64,000 nt of DNA from an uncultured Gammaproteobacteria bacterium (GTDB lineage: Bacteria; Patescibacteriota; Microgenomatia; Levybacterales; UBA12049): NCBI GenBank assembly GCA_964537895.1, contig CAZIDK010000002.1, positions 82,684 to 146,683 of the forward strand, read 5' to 3'. Below, piece by piece: positions 47,305-58,478 of this stretch (the first letter of the stretch is position 1; each line of letters opens with the position of its first letter). The notes beneath the pieces are model-generated. The model saw nothing but the letters and a program-made list of their open reading frames with translations, made no database searches and was not told the DNA's origin. The position numbers and the translations under genes are program-made.

Positions 47305-48381
47305 TTAGATTATTGTCTTAGCAATATTCAAAAAACTATTTGCGCTTTTTCCCCAGGTAAATTTATCTAAAACTAGTTTCCTCCCGTTTTTCCCCATTTC
47401 GACTCTTAGTTTGTCATCCGAAAGCAAAAAGTCTATTTTATCTTTTAACTCTTCCTGTTTTCTTTCAATCAAAAACCCTGTTTTGCCCTCGATTACAGAT
47501 TCCCTGAATCCACCTTCGTTCACGGCTACTACCGGAACTTCACAGGCCATTGATTCTATGGGAATTAACCCGAACGGCTCACTTCTGCTTAGTGCTAGAA
47601 CAATTTTTGACTTATTAATTTCTTCCGTCAAATTTTCTTCTGCAATACCCTCCCCTTTTTCGTTTCTTACGACATACCGGACCGAAGGTTTTTTCTTATA
47701 TATTTTCAGAGTTGCGTTAAGCAAATCATATCCCTCTATGGAAGATTTTTCGCCTATAAATAACAGGTCATAAGGTTTTTTAATGTTTTTGGGAGAAAAT
47801 CTGTCCGTGTCTGCTCCCAGATAGCATACCTTAGCATTAATACCGTAAGCGTCGTATATATTATCTCTTGAAAATTCGGAGTTTGCTAAAACAATTCCTG
47901 CATTGTGGATATTTCCCTTATCTATCAGTTTTCTTATTTTTCGGTTATAGAATTCGTATTGTTTTTTAAAAAGATTCAAATTACGGGGAATTACCATTAA
48001 AGGGTCATAAATCATTCTCAATGGTTCCTGGCAAAAATATATTGTTTTATTAATCATTCGCAATAAAAATGGCGCTTGGGTAAATTTTGAGGGGCTCACG
48101 AAAACAAAATCGTAGTCTTTATCTTGCATAATTTTTGCAATTTTTCTATGAAGAAAAAATAATCTGATTAATCCTATTGAATCACGATAAATTCTTGACT
48201 TGCTTCCTGCAAATTTAAAATAATAAACCTTGTTAAAAATTGAGGGAACTCTTGAATCTTCCCCATCGTCAACATAATACAAATCTACCTCGTGTTCTTT
48301 ACCGAGGATTTTTCCGTATTCCTCAACCACCTTTCTGGCTCCACTTAAAGGAGTTAATTCATGAAAAAATGCTATTTTCAT
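47305..48381 (-). CDS. Glycosyltransferase family 4 (GT-B)
   Basis: Motif EPFGLIPIESMACEVPVVAVNEGGFRESV (E-X7-E). Confidence 0.6.
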   Translation of the reverse strand: MKIAFFHELTPLSGARKVVEEYGKILGKEHEVDLYYVDDGEDSRVPSIFNKVYYFKFAGSKSRIYRDSIGLIRLFFLHRKIAKIMQDKDYDFVFVSPSKFTQAPFLLRMINKTIYFCQEPLRMIYDPLMVIPRNLNLFKKQYEFYNRKIRKLIDKGNIHNAGIVLANSEFSRDNIYDAYGINAKVCYLGADTDRFSPKNIKKPYDLLFIGEKSSIEGYDLLNATLKIYKKKPSVRYVVRNEKGEGIAEENLTEEINKSKIVLALSRSEPFGLIPIESMACEVPVVAVNEGGFRESVIEGKTGFLIERKQEELKDKIDFLLSDDKLRVEMGKNGRKLVLDKFTWGKSANSFLNIAKTII

Positions 48382-49217
48382 TTCTTATTTACTAATATAC
48401 TAACGAAATCACTTCCACAGAGTATATTAAAAGGAAATTTTCTAGAAATTGGGTCCAAAAATACCAAAAAATTAAAAATTGTATCTTTAGAACTAAATAT
48501 TGGTTTTCTGACTGTAACATTACTACTTTCTAAGCTTCCCTCGAATTTAAATTTTTTAAATAAACTTGAAAGTGAAAAATATGTTGACTCATTAATATGC
48601 ATTATTAAATGAGAGTCAGTTCTTATTTGTGAAGGAGAAGCAATGTTTGGATATTTACTGCTATTTATAGTATTCCAAAATTTTGTAATTAAACTACCTA
48701 CTGGATAAGAGTAAAATCTATAAAAAAAATCGTTGAAGAGCTTATTGGGCGCAGTATGAATAATAAGCTTACCTTTTGGCTTAAGAACTCTTTTAATCTC
48801 TTTGAAAGCAAGTTCTAATTCCTCGGGATACAAATGCTCTACAACATCAGTCATAATTATCAAATCGAATGAATTATCTTTAAATTTAAGTTTTTTTGCA
48901 TCCATATATAGGAATTTTGTTTTAGATTGCACTAACTTAGATTGCTTTTTTTGAGCTAATTTCGCTAAACCTATTGAATCTTTTGAGTAATCTACTCCTA
49001 CACCCTCTGCTCCATGTTTTGCCGCATAAAATATCATTTCCCCTCTTCCACACCCTACATCTAACACTTTCTGTCCCGGTTTAATTTTAAAGTGTTTAAT
49101 CAATTCTTTAAATCTAACCTCAAGCTCTTTTCCGTAACTTTTATGGAATTCTTGATATCCAGTACAATCCGTTAAATAATATTTTTTGGTATAAACGCTT
49201 GGACTAACTCTTCTCAT
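48378..49217 (-). CDS. Class I SAM-dependent methyltransferase
   Basis: Motif I VLDVGCGRGEM. Confidence 0.6.
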   Translation of the reverse strand: MRRVSPSVYTKKYYLTDCTGYQEFHKSYGKELEVRFKELIKHFKIKPGQKVLDVGCGRGEMIFYAAKHGAEGVGVDYSKDSIGLAKLAQKKQSKLVQSKTKFLYMDAKKLKFKDNSFDLIIMTDVVEHLYPEELELAFKEIKRVLKPKGKLIIHTAPNKLFNDFFYRFYSYPVGSLITKFWNTINSSKYPNIASPSQIRTDSHLIMHINESTYFSLSSLFKKFKFEGSLESSNVTVRKPIFSSKDTIFNFLVFLDPISRKFPFNILCGSDFVSILVNKK

Positions 49218-49220
49218 AGA

Positions 49221-50486
49221 TTAATGTTGATATATTATCTTAAAGGTGAAATATGTCATAAACGGCAAAGCAACTAAGGAGCCAATTAATGCTGATAATC
49301 CTGCTCCATATATTCCATAAGTTATAACTAATGGAACTATTGTCACAGCAAGACCTATTATGCTAACTAAAGTTACTACTGTTACGTATTTTTGTTTTCC
49401 GACAGATAAAAAAAGAGCAGAGGATGATCCCGATATAGCTCTAATTACGCCGAATATAACAAGAATTCGAAGCACATCTACTATTCCTAACCATTTTTGT
49501 CCAAGAACTACTTTTACAATTTCATTGGGGAATAATACCAATATTATTCCGAATGGTATAGTTACTATTGAAACAAAAAGAAGGGTTTTTAAGAATGCTT
49601 TTCTTAAACGCAATCTATCTTCAGATATTATTGTGTAAACAGGAAAAGTAACTTTGGAAATTACATCTGCAACATCGGTTATTGGTAGCATTGAGATGTT
49701 ATAAGCCATCTGGTACAAACCCAAACTTCCTGTTCCTAAAATTCTTCCAACCACTATGTTGTCAAAATTATGAAATAGGTAACTAAATATTCCGCTCAGG
49801 GTTATCCATTTACCTCTACTTAGTATCCTTGAAAAATACTTTTTGTCAATTGAAAAATGAGGCTTTGGGGAAATAAACAAAAATGAAAAAACAATCTCCA
49901 GAATAACTCCTGCGATAAGGCCAAAAATAAGACCATTAACTGAATGAGTTAAAAAAGCTAACGTTATTGAAACGGATGAACCAAAAAAGAATATTATTAA
50001 TCTATACCAAAACTCTTTACGAAAATTTAATTCTTTTTGAAATTTAATTACAGAAGGATTAATGAATCCCCTTAAGAACGGAACGATTGCTAATAAGAAT
50101 AATACATCAAGGGAACCTGGAGAATGAAAAAATACCGAAACAAAAGGAGCCAATATCAATATGGATATAGCAATAAAAATTCCTCTTATTATCGACACTA
50201 TCCATGCAGAATTTAGATAATTCTCTATTTTACCTTTTTCCTGTATAAGTAGCACATTTATGCCGGTCTCTGTTAGCACCTCCAATAAAGCCATAATTAA
50301 CATAGCAATTCCATATACTCCAAATTGAGAAGGACTAAGAATGCGAGCAAGCAATATGATGCTAAGAAAAGAAACTGCTCTTGTAGAAAGCTTAAGTGCC
50401 CATGTCCACGAAATACCAGTTATTACGTTTTTTGTAAACCCCATATTTAGTATTGAAATTATACCAGCTTTAGCTTTATAATACAT
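49221..50486 (-). CDS. Wzx-like polysaccharide flippase (MOP superfamily)
   Basis: 421 aa with about 12 TM helices and the polysaccharide-biosynthesis-protein signature pattern. Confidence 0.5.
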   Translation of the reverse strand: MYYKAKAGIISILNMGFTKNVITGISWTWALKLSTRAVSFLSIILLARILSPSQFGVYGIAMLIMALLEVLTETGINVLLIQEKGKIENYLNSAWIVSIIRGIFIAISILILAPFVSVFFHSPGSLDVLFLLAIVPFLRGFINPSVIKFQKELNFRKEFWYRLIIFFFGSSVSITLAFLTHSVNGLIFGLIAGVILEIVFSFLFISPKPHFSIDKKYFSRILSRGKWITLSGIFSYLFHNFDNIVVGRILGTGSLGLYQMAYNISMLPITDVADVISKVTFPVYTIISEDRLRLRKAFLKTLLFVSIVTIPFGIILVLFPNEIVKVVLGQKWLGIVDVLRILVIFGVIRAISGSSSALFLSVGKQKYVTVVTLVSIIGLAVTIVPLVITYGIYGAGLSALIGSLVALPFMTYFTFKIIYQH

Positions 50487-50503
50487 TATCCTGCCTCAAT
50501 CAA

Positions 50504-51748
50504 ATGATAATTAAAAAATGCAGATCTTGTAATTCTAAAAACCTAATCAAAATTATCTCTTTAGGAAATCAGTATTTATCCGATTTTACAAAAACTAGAA
50601 GAAAACCAAAAGCCTTTCCCCTAAGACTCGTTCTTTGTAAAAAATGTTTTCTCGTACAGCTTGACTACACCGCTCCTTCGAAATACCTTTATACCGAAAG
50701 ATACGGATATAAATCGGGCATAAACCAGACAATGCAGGAAGAATTAAAAGAAATAACTCAAAAATCCCTGAAAAAAATAAAAAAATTGAGTGGAACGAAA
50801 TCCGCCTCTGGCAGAACAAACGAAAAAATAATTGCTGTGGATATAGGCGCAAATGACGGCACACTGCTAAAAAATTATCCTAAGAGTATTTACAGAATAG
50901 GTGTTGAACCAATTACTAAATTTGCGAAAGAGGCAAAAAAATACTCCGACAAAGTTATAAATGATTTTTTTACATACGAATCGTTCTATAATGCTTTAAA
51001 AAATAAAAGAGCGGATATAATCACAATAATTTCCTGCTTTTACGACATGGAAGACCCTAATAAGTTTATTTCCGATGTAAAAAAAATAATGAAGGATGAC
51101 GGAATATGTGTAATTCAGCAGAATTATCTTGTCGGCATGCTTAAACAAAACGCTTTTGATAACATTGTTCACGAGCATTTGGAATATTACTCTCTTCTTT
51201 CTCTAAATAATCTTCTTAATAGGCATGGGCTGGAAGTTTTTGACTTAGAAAAACGAACCCTTAATGGAGGAAGTTTTAGAACGTATATCGCTTTTAAAGG
51301 CAAAAAAGGGATATCAAAGGCTGTAGAAAAACTTAACAAGTATGAAAAAAGGTTAGGACTTAACAAAAAGAAAATTTATCTTGATTTTGCAAAAAGAATA
51401 GAAAAAAACAAAAAAAACCTGTTTGAATTTATAAAGAAAGAGGCTGCAAAAGGAAAAACAATATATCTTTACGGAGCTTCCACCAGGGGGAACACCCTAC
51501 TCCAATATTTTGGCTTAGATAATAAGCTGATAAAAAAAGCAGTAGAAAGAAATCCCGAAAAATGGGGAAAAATAATTGCATCCGTTGGAATACCCATCAT
51601 ATCTGAAGAACAGGCAAGAAAAGATAAACCCGACTATATGCTTGTTCTGCCTTGGTTTTTTAAAGAGGAGTTTTTAAAAAGAGAAAGTAAATACCTTGAA
51701 AACGGCGGACATTTTATTTTCCCTCTCCCAAAATTTGAAGTTATTTAG
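50504..51748 (+). CDS. C-methyltransferase-like protein (N-terminal zinc-binding domain, SAM MTase, C-methyltransferase C-terminal domain)
   Basis: CRSCNS...CKKCFLVQ zinc ribbon, IGANDGT motif I, and a TylCIII-like C-terminal region. Confidence 0.45.
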   Translation: MIIKKCRSCNSKNLIKIISLGNQYLSDFTKTRRKPKAFPLRLVLCKKCFLVQLDYTAPSKYLYTERYGYKSGINQTMQEELKEITQKSLKKIKKLSGTKSASGRTNEKIIAVDIGANDGTLLKNYPKSIYRIGVEPITKFAKEAKKYSDKVINDFFTYESFYNALKNKRADIITIISCFYDMEDPNKFISDVKKIMKDDGICVIQQNYLVGMLKQNAFDNIVHEHLEYYSLLSLNNLLNRHGLEVFDLEKRTLNGGSFRTYIAFKGKKGISKAVEKLNKYEKRLGLNKKKIYLDFAKRIEKNKKNLFEFIKKEAAKGKTIYLYGASTRGNTLLQYFGLDNKLIKKAVERNPEKWGKIIASVGIPIISEEQARKDKPDYMLVLPWFFKEEFLKRESKYLENGGHFIFPLPKFEVI

Positions 51749-53999
51749 AAGAATAGATATCAACTATCGGGGCTCCAGCCGCCTTTACCTGATGTATTAA
51801 TTTATAATTTCTTCTTATTTGAGAATCATCAAAACCTTCTCTTAAAACATGGTAATAATTTACGACTACGTAATCGTATTTTATTTTAGGATCGTAAATT
51901 CCTTTATTAGGATCTATAAATATAAGCTTTTGATTTTTTATCGGTGGAAAGACATGGGGCGGAGAAATAAAAAGCGCTATTGATGAATTCTTTTTTGCAT
52001 TGTCTCTTAAATAATACCCCGCTTCCCTAAGCCCCTGTCCCCACCAGCCAAGCTCAAAGTACTTTTTATCGTAAACCCCTTTCGGACCTCCGACTAAAAT
52101 ATTAAAATAATCTAAATAATAAGGTTTTGTCTGATAAATAATGGAAAACATATATAGCGTTACTACTATAATTGAGAATACTTTTACTTTCGTACCAAAT
52201 TTGAATTTTTCAATTAAAAAACTTACTCCCATCGCCGCTATTATTGCAAGGGGAGCATAAATCTCAATAATATATCTTACTCCATGAACTCTCCAAGCAT
52301 AAAAAGACTGAATAAACGGAAAGATAAACCAAATAATTAATCCGTATAAAACCCAGTTTCTCATTTTCTCTATTTTCTTCAACCCAATTAAAGAAAGAAA
52401 AATAATTAAAAGCGGTGTGGTTATAAAGAAAAAAGTTACAAAATATATTACTGGACTAAACATTAATCTTCCCCAAAAAATTGTTGGAGGAGATGTTTTT
52501 ACCAGCCAAATTTTTTGATTAATGGCATTAATTACATCCAGATGGAAATATGGCATTGGCCAAAGAACTATAAACGTAATTGCTGAAATTATTCCTATTA
52601 AAAATAATGAAAGGAATTTTTTATTAATAAACTTTTCTTTTAGTTTTCCTGTATTAAAATACCACAATAAATATATAAGACCAAAAATTGGAAACAGCAG
52701 GGCATTAGATTGTTTAGCCTCCAAGGAAAGTCCAACTAAAATTCCCGTTAGAACCAGTTTTTTGAAGGAAAAGCTTTTTAAAAATCTGATAAGTGAATAA
52801 ACGGAAGACGTAAACAGAAACATTAAGATACTCTCCGTAGTTACCAATTGGGATAAACCGATAAAAAAGGGTAGGGTAGAAAATATAATTCCAGAAGTTA
52901 ATCCGACAAAAGGAGAGATATACTCCCACGCAATTAATAAAACCAATACCGCAGACAGACTTCCAAAAATTGCGGAGAGTAATCTTGAATAAGTATAATC
53001 ATAATTAAATATCGGATTTCCGCTTTTGTCAGTCCCTGTTTTATCCAAGTGAGCAGTTAAACCATAAATATATTTAACAAGCGGGGGATGATCATAAGTA
53101 GTAACAAAATATTTATTACCAAAATCTCCCTTAACTATCAGCTCATCCAGCTTATATCCTTGCTCTATATATTCAGGCTCATCCCAAGTTCTCCCCATTT
53201 GATTCAATGTTGCAATTCTTAAAGTCAGCGACAATAGGAAGATGAAAATTATTGAAATAATTATTTTCCATCTGCTTTTAAAGAGATATTCCAGTTTCAT
53301 TAGAATTACAAACGATAAAGACTTGAATAATTCCTTAGCATTTACTGTTGATTTACCATATATTCTATAATTCCAGGTAATTGGTACTTCTCCGATCTTA
53401 AATCCTGCAAGATGCAGTTTATATGCTGTTTCCGATAGCGTTATAAAGCCTTTTGACCTTAGCTTTGTTTTAACAAGAAACTCAACCGCTCTTCTGTTAT
53501 ATAGTCTAAAACCGCTTGTGTGATCGCTTAAATGAATTCCTAACCAGTAATACAAAAATTTATTTATAACCCTGCTCATAATTGTTCTGCTTGCGGCAAT
53601 ATTTATTATTCTTCCTCCGGGAAGGTATCGTGAGCCGATAATTAAAGCAAAATCCTCGCTATTCTTTTTCTTTATAAATCTCTCCATTTCTAAAGGATCG
53701 TGAGCCAAATCCGAATCCATTTCGAATACATATTCGATATTTTTTTCTTTCAAAACTTCTCTAAAACCGTCTAAAACCGCGCTGCCCCGCCCAATTTTTC
53801 TAAGTCTTGAAATAAGAATGATATTCTTTTTTCCTTTTACAATTTTTTTTAGTTTTTCGTTTTCATCCAGACGTGAATCGTCAACTATTACGATTTTCGA
53901 CAACGGAAGATTTTTATTTATTCCCTTAATAAGGATAGAAAGATTTTTTACCTCGTTATATGAGGGAATAACAACCGCAATGTTTTTATAATTTTTCAT
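51741..53999 (-). CDS. Fusion protein: N-terminal GT2 (Dpm1/polyprenol-phosphate glycosyltransferase-like) plus polytopic GT-C-like domain
   Basis: IAVVIPSYNEVKN...VDDSRLDEN, followed by about 13 TM helices. Confidence 0.5.
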   Translation of the reverse strand: MKNYKNIAVVIPSYNEVKNLSILIKGINKNLPLSKIVIVDDSRLDENEKLKKIVKGKKNIILISRLRKIGRGSAVLDGFREVLKEKNIEYVFEMDSDLAHDPLEMERFIKKKNSEDFALIIGSRYLPGGRIINIAASRTIMSRVINKFLYYWLGIHLSDHTSGFRLYNRRAVEFLVKTKLRSKGFITLSETAYKLHLAGFKIGEVPITWNYRIYGKSTVNAKELFKSLSFVILMKLEYLFKSRWKIIISIIFIFLLSLTLRIATLNQMGRTWDEPEYIEQGYKLDELIVKGDFGNKYFVTTYDHPPLVKYIYGLTAHLDKTGTDKSGNPIFNYDYTYSRLLSAIFGSLSAVLVLLIAWEYISPFVGLTSGIIFSTLPFFIGLSQLVTTESILMFLFTSSVYSLIRFLKSFSFKKLVLTGILVGLSLEAKQSNALLFPIFGLIYLLWYFNTGKLKEKFINKKFLSLFLIGIISAITFIVLWPMPYFHLDVINAINQKIWLVKTSPPTIFWGRLMFSPVIYFVTFFFITTPLLIIFLSLIGLKKIEKMRNWVLYGLIIWFIFPFIQSFYAWRVHGVRYIIEIYAPLAIIAAMGVSFLIEKFKFGTKVKVFSIIVVTLYMFSIIYQTKPYYLDYFNILVGGPKGVYDKKYFELGWWGQGLREAGYYLRDNAKKNSSIALFISPPHVFPPIKNQKLIFIDPNKGIYDPKIKYDYVVVNYYHVLREGFDDSQIRRNYKLIHQVKAAGAPIVDIYSSK

Positions 54000-56580
54000 A
54001 AACCGAAACTGTATTAGGTGCTTGCACTAATCCGGAAATAAAATATTCCAATTCGTTGTTAAATATTTTATAATATTTAAAGTTAGGTTTAAATTTGGCA
54101 ATAATTTCATATCCTTCATTGTTTAATCTTTTTACGAGATTTTTTTTGTCCGATTTTTTTAGATAACTCGTTTCTAATTCATCATTTGTTATAATTATAA
54201 CTTTTGGAATAGTCAAGCTTTTGCTGCTTGCAACTTGATACCTATAATTAGTTTTAACTTTTTGGCCGTATTGAATTAAATAGAATTCTTTTTGGACAAC
54301 GTCCGGTAAGAATTGGTAAATTGGGATATTTTCGATGCCGATTAATGTACCCTTTGGCACGTTTCTAATTATCCAATCAGAGGATAATTGCCTGGGACTA
54401 GCAGACCATTTTATCGGAAACCAAGAATATGTTTCAACTGTTTGAAACAATAACGCCGAAAATACTATTAAAATAAATATTAATCTTAGTAAATTATTTT
54501 TAATTTTTGAGTAAACATTGTTAATAAGCAGCGCAATAGACAAGGCCATAAAAGGAAGTAAAACTAAAACTCGATTATTCGTAGCTTCAGTTTTTATTAG
54601 GTATAGACTTAAGGAGAAAGTAAGAAAAACTAAAAATAATAATATTTGATATTTGTACTCATAAACAGTTTCTTTTGTTTTTTTGAATATTCCTCTATTT
54701 ATTAAAAATAAAATTCCAAAAGAGAACGAGAACAGAAATGAAATGTAAAACGGATGACCAAAAATTGCAGGATATAATTTAGTTAAGTAATACTCCCAAT
54801 AGCTCATTCCAAAAACAAAATTAGATGCTCTTATGGGAGCCTGTATTACGTTAGAATAAATATACTCGGACACGTTTCCCTTGCCCAACAGAATATCCGG
54901 ATTACCAAAAAATAAATAAACTAAAATATAAACAGAAAGGCCTATTGTTAAATGTTTTAACTTCCTTAAATAATTTGGGGTAAATATAAAAAACGTTAAT
55001 ATATACACCAAAAAAAGTGGCAAAGGCGATAATAGCTTAACGGACATCGCAAGAGCTGAAAAAATTCCGCCAAATAAAAAATTAATAAAATTTGGTTTCT
55101 CTGCATATTTTAAGAAAAACAAAAAAGACATTAGTATCCAAAACATTAAAGCAATATCGTATTTATAATAGTTGCTTAGCATAAGCCAAATAGGATTTAT
55201 GGTAAACAGAAACGACGCGATAAATGCGTTGAGTTTGAAATATTTTTTTGCAATGTAAGTAAAAAGTACTATCGATAAAATTCCAAAAAATAGGGTGTTT
55301 AATTTTAATACTACAAATAGCGAGCTCTGAATCTGCAGGTCTGTTACAGAAGATTTGATAGCAAAAAGATCAATAATTCCTAAAATGTAAAAGGGAATTA
55401 AATAAATACCTGTCAGAAAAAAATGAAAAATTGATCCGTTTGCGGAGCCTGCAATATTTGGAGTTCCGTATTTAAATAAATTGCGTACTGACTGTGACTG
55501 ATGCCACTCGTCCATAAAGTAATTAAACGGATGGTTAATGTTTGGAATACCATAAGAAATAACCGACAGCATAGTTAAAGCGTAAACGATAATAACAGCG
55601 GTAACTCCTTTGTTATTGAAGATAATCTTTAAAAATGACTTTAGAGATAAACTCCGGACAAAACCTAAGGTGGTTCCAATTATAACTGCAACATCGGACG
55701 TAAACTGAAGCAGGGGGAGGTAAAAGATAGCCTTAGGATTAGCAACGTATCTGTAGTTTTTCCAAATCGACCAAGCAACATATAACAAGAAACAAAAAAA
55801 TATAAATCCGTACAAATAAGCTGAGCGCTCAATAAATGAAAGTAAAATTAAATAAAGAGTAAAAGTATATCTTAAAAAAATAAAAATAACCTTATCTCTA
55901 TAAATGTTGGATTCTGCATCACCCAAGGCAAACCTGAAAAACATTACGAATGCCTGCTTTAAATTTTCTCTTGGAATCCAATTAACAATGGCATCTTTTT
56001 CAAACACAATTTTTGCATTAATTTTCTTTAACTTATTGGCAAAGGCATAATCTTCATTATGAGAAAGCTTTTCATCAAATCCCCCGACCTTTTTCCAAAT
56101 TGATTTTTTAAAAGCCATTGACCTCGTGGCAGGCAGAAAATTATTTTTATCCACTTTATCGGGCATCACTAAAACGTACGGAATAAGCGCTCTTTGAAAC
56201 AAACTTTCGGCTTTTCCTTTATAGTATCCTGCGACAACGTCAACCTTCTTATTCTTGAATGGTTTTATAATTTCTTTGACCCAATCCTTGTCTAAAACAC
56301 AGCCGGCATCCGAAACAAGAATTATTTCTCCTTTTGCATTTTTTATTGCCTCGTTTCTGCCAATAGATCTGTTTCCTTTTTGAAACAATATCTTTATATT
56401 GGGGTTATTTTTCCTTTGAGGAAACTTAAATTTTGATATTTCCGAGAGCGTGCTATCGGTAGAGCCGCCATCAACAATAATTATTTCATCCGGTAATTTA
56501 GTTTGCGCAAATACCGATTCGAGAAATTTTATAATTGTCTCTTGCTCGTTAAATACGGTTGTAATAAAAGATAATTTCAT
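53986..56580 (-). CDS. Fusion protein: N-terminal GT2 plus polytopic membrane domain plus C-terminal soluble domain
   Basis: LSFITTVFNEQE...IIVDGGSTDST GT2 core, followed by more than 14 TM helices. Confidence 0.5.
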   Translation of the reverse strand: MKLSFITTVFNEQETIIKFLESVFAQTKLPDEIIIVDGGSTDSTLSEISKFKFPQRKNNPNIKILFQKGNRSIGRNEAIKNAKGEIILVSDAGCVLDKDWVKEIIKPFKNKKVDVVAGYYKGKAESLFQRALIPYVLVMPDKVDKNNFLPATRSMAFKKSIWKKVGGFDEKLSHNEDYAFANKLKKINAKIVFEKDAIVNWIPRENLKQAFVMFFRFALGDAESNIYRDKVIFIFLRYTFTLYLILLSFIERSAYLYGFIFFCFLLYVAWSIWKNYRYVANPKAIFYLPLLQFTSDVAVIIGTTLGFVRSLSLKSFLKIIFNNKGVTAVIIVYALTMLSVISYGIPNINHPFNYFMDEWHQSQSVRNLFKYGTPNIAGSANGSIFHFFLTGIYLIPFYILGIIDLFAIKSSVTDLQIQSSLFVVLKLNTLFFGILSIVLFTYIAKKYFKLNAFIASFLFTINPIWLMLSNYYKYDIALMFWILMSFLFFLKYAEKPNFINFLFGGIFSALAMSVKLLSPLPLFLVYILTFFIFTPNYLRKLKHLTIGLSVYILVYLFFGNPDILLGKGNVSEYIYSNVIQAPIRASNFVFGMSYWEYYLTKLYPAIFGHPFYISFLFSFSFGILFLINRGIFKKTKETVYEYKYQILLFLVFLTFSLSLYLIKTEATNNRVLVLLPFMALSIALLINNVYSKIKNNLLRLIFILIVFSALLFQTVETYSWFPIKWSASPRQLSSDWIIRNVPKGTLIGIENIPIYQFLPDVVQKEFYLIQYGQKVKTNYRYQVASSKSLTIPKVIIITNDELETSYLKKSDKKNLVKRLNNEGYEIIAKFKPNFKYYKIFNNELEYFISGLVQAPNTVSVYEKL

Positions 56581-56632
56581 ACCTTCCGTCTGTTGGTTGA
56601 AATTATACCATTCTTTTGCTTAGAATACATTA

Positions 56633-58474
56633 ATGCTAAACGCACAAATAACCAGCCTGCCTTCAAATATTCTAAACAATATAAATTATCTAAAACAAGA
56701 CTATCTGGGATTAAATCCAAATTTTGATTTTTTAGTTAATTTTACTTTTGGTTTTATCATATCAATTTCCTTTTTAATTATTTCCCTTTTAATAGGACAA
56801 AAAATCAGGAGTTTGTTTTTTATAAATGCTGATCTTAAGGATATTAATTATTTAGTTGATATTGCCCTCGGAACAATAGCAATCGGAACCGGAGTGGCTT
56901 TGTTGGGATTTTTCTCTCTATTGAATACACCCGCACTCTTATCCTATCTAATATTGTTGGTGATAATTTCATTTTATAGATTTAAACCTGCTTACTTAAA
57001 AAACGTAAAGAAAAGTTTATTGCTTAACTTAAGATTATTAAAAAAGAATAAATTCGTTTTTTTATGGATAACGCTTTTTATAATCCTTGCTCTTGTTAAT
57101 TTAATCAATCCGGAAGCAAGAGAAGACCAGTACCACGTAGATTTGCCAAAAATGTATCTTGCAAAGCAGAGCATTATGATACCACCCAGGGAGCAAATAC
57201 AAGTTTCCGCAAGCCCGCTTTTATCAGAAATGTCCTATTTAATGGGTGTTTTCTTATGGTCCGGAGAGTCTGCTAGATATATACATTTTTTGTTTTATTT
57301 ACTGGCAATACTGACTTTGTTTGAATTCTCCAAAATCAAAGGATACAAATTTGCTGTCTATGCCCCTTTATTATTCGCTACGGCACCCGTAGTTATACAT
57401 GAAGCATCATCTATGTATGTAGACTTTCAATGGATATTTTATTTTTTATTGTCTATTTTTATTATTACTTTTAACAAAAAGCTCAATTATTCAAATTTAG
57501 CTTTGGCGGGATTATTTTTGGGAGGAATGGTAGCAACAAAACTTTGGACAATTGTATTTATTCCTATTTCCGTTTTGTATTTAATAATTTTGTTAAAAAA
57601 TAATAGTGTTAATAAAATATTAAAAAGTTGCTTTGTATACGTAGCTATGACTCTATCCGTGTCGTTGATATGGTTTTTAAGAGCTTTTCTCTTAACAGGA
57701 AATCCGTTGTACCCGGCCTTTGACAATTCATCAGGCATCTCAATATCGCTATCTTCTGTTATCGGATTTAATTACCCCCTTTTAAATCCGATATCTTATA
57801 TAAATGTTTTTAGTCCTTTATTTTTTATCGGAAGCATCTTTCTTTTGTATCGGCTTAGGAGTAATATAAAAATCTTTTGGAATAACAAACTGTTTATTTT
57901 TTTCTTACTGTTGCTTGCATTATATTTATCAATACATTATCCGTTTGGAAGATATCTCCTTGGGCTTTATGTATTTTTTATAATTTTTGCTTCCATGGGA
58001 ATATATAGACTAATAAATATTTCCCGGCTTTCAAGGATTTTTTTGAATATTCTCCTTCTTCTTTTATTCTTGTACTACCTTATTAACTCCCTTCTTGTTT
58101 TACCCTATTCGCTGGAACTTGCCGATAAAAACAGACATTTGACCAGAATTCTTTCAAGAGACAATTCCAGCTATTACGATTTTAACAGACAATTTAATAA
58201 ACATATTTCTAGAAACGACTACGTAGCTACATACGGAATATTCGGCTATTATTACGCAAACTTTCGTTATATTGATTTTAATTTTATCTTTGATAGCAAG
58301 AACAGATCGTTTGATTTATATAAAAAAAGCGGAGTGACAAAATTATTTATCAAGGGTGGCGATATAAACTGGTTTTGTCTAAAAGAAAACATAAACGATT
58401 GCGATAAGTCTAAATACTCGTATGTTTCAACATATATGGGTACCCAACCGTATTATCTTTATAATATAAAATAG
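56633..58474 (+). CDS. Polytopic membrane protein, GT-C-like (acidic motif in first extracytoplasmic loop)
   Basis: NPEAREDQYH loop, followed by many TM helices. Confidence 0.3.
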   Translation: MLNAQITSLPSNILNNINYLKQDYLGLNPNFDFLVNFTFGFIISISFLIISLLIGQKIRSLFFINADLKDINYLVDIALGTIAIGTGVALLGFFSLLNTPALLSYLILLVIISFYRFKPAYLKNVKKSLLLNLRLLKKNKFVFLWITLFIILALVNLINPEAREDQYHVDLPKMYLAKQSIMIPPREQIQVSASPLLSEMSYLMGVFLWSGESARYIHFLFYLLAILTLFEFSKIKGYKFAVYAPLLFATAPVVIHEASSMYVDFQWIFYFLLSIFIITFNKKLNYSNLALAGLFLGGMVATKLWTIVFIPISVLYLIILLKNNSVNKILKSCFVYVAMTLSVSLIWFLRAFLLTGNPLYPAFDNSSGISISLSSVIGFNYPLLNPISYINVFSPLFFIGSIFLLYRLRSNIKIFWNNKLFIFFLLLLALYLSIHYPFGRYLLGLYVFFIIFASMGIYRLINISRLSRIFLNILLLLLFLYYLINSLLVLPYSLELADKNRHLTRILSRDNSSYYDFNRQFNKHISRNDYVATYGIFGYYYANFRYIDFNFIFDSKNRSFDLYKKSGVTKLFIKGGDINWFCLKENINDCDKSKYSYVSTYMGTQPYYLYNIK

Positions 58475-58478
58475 CTAT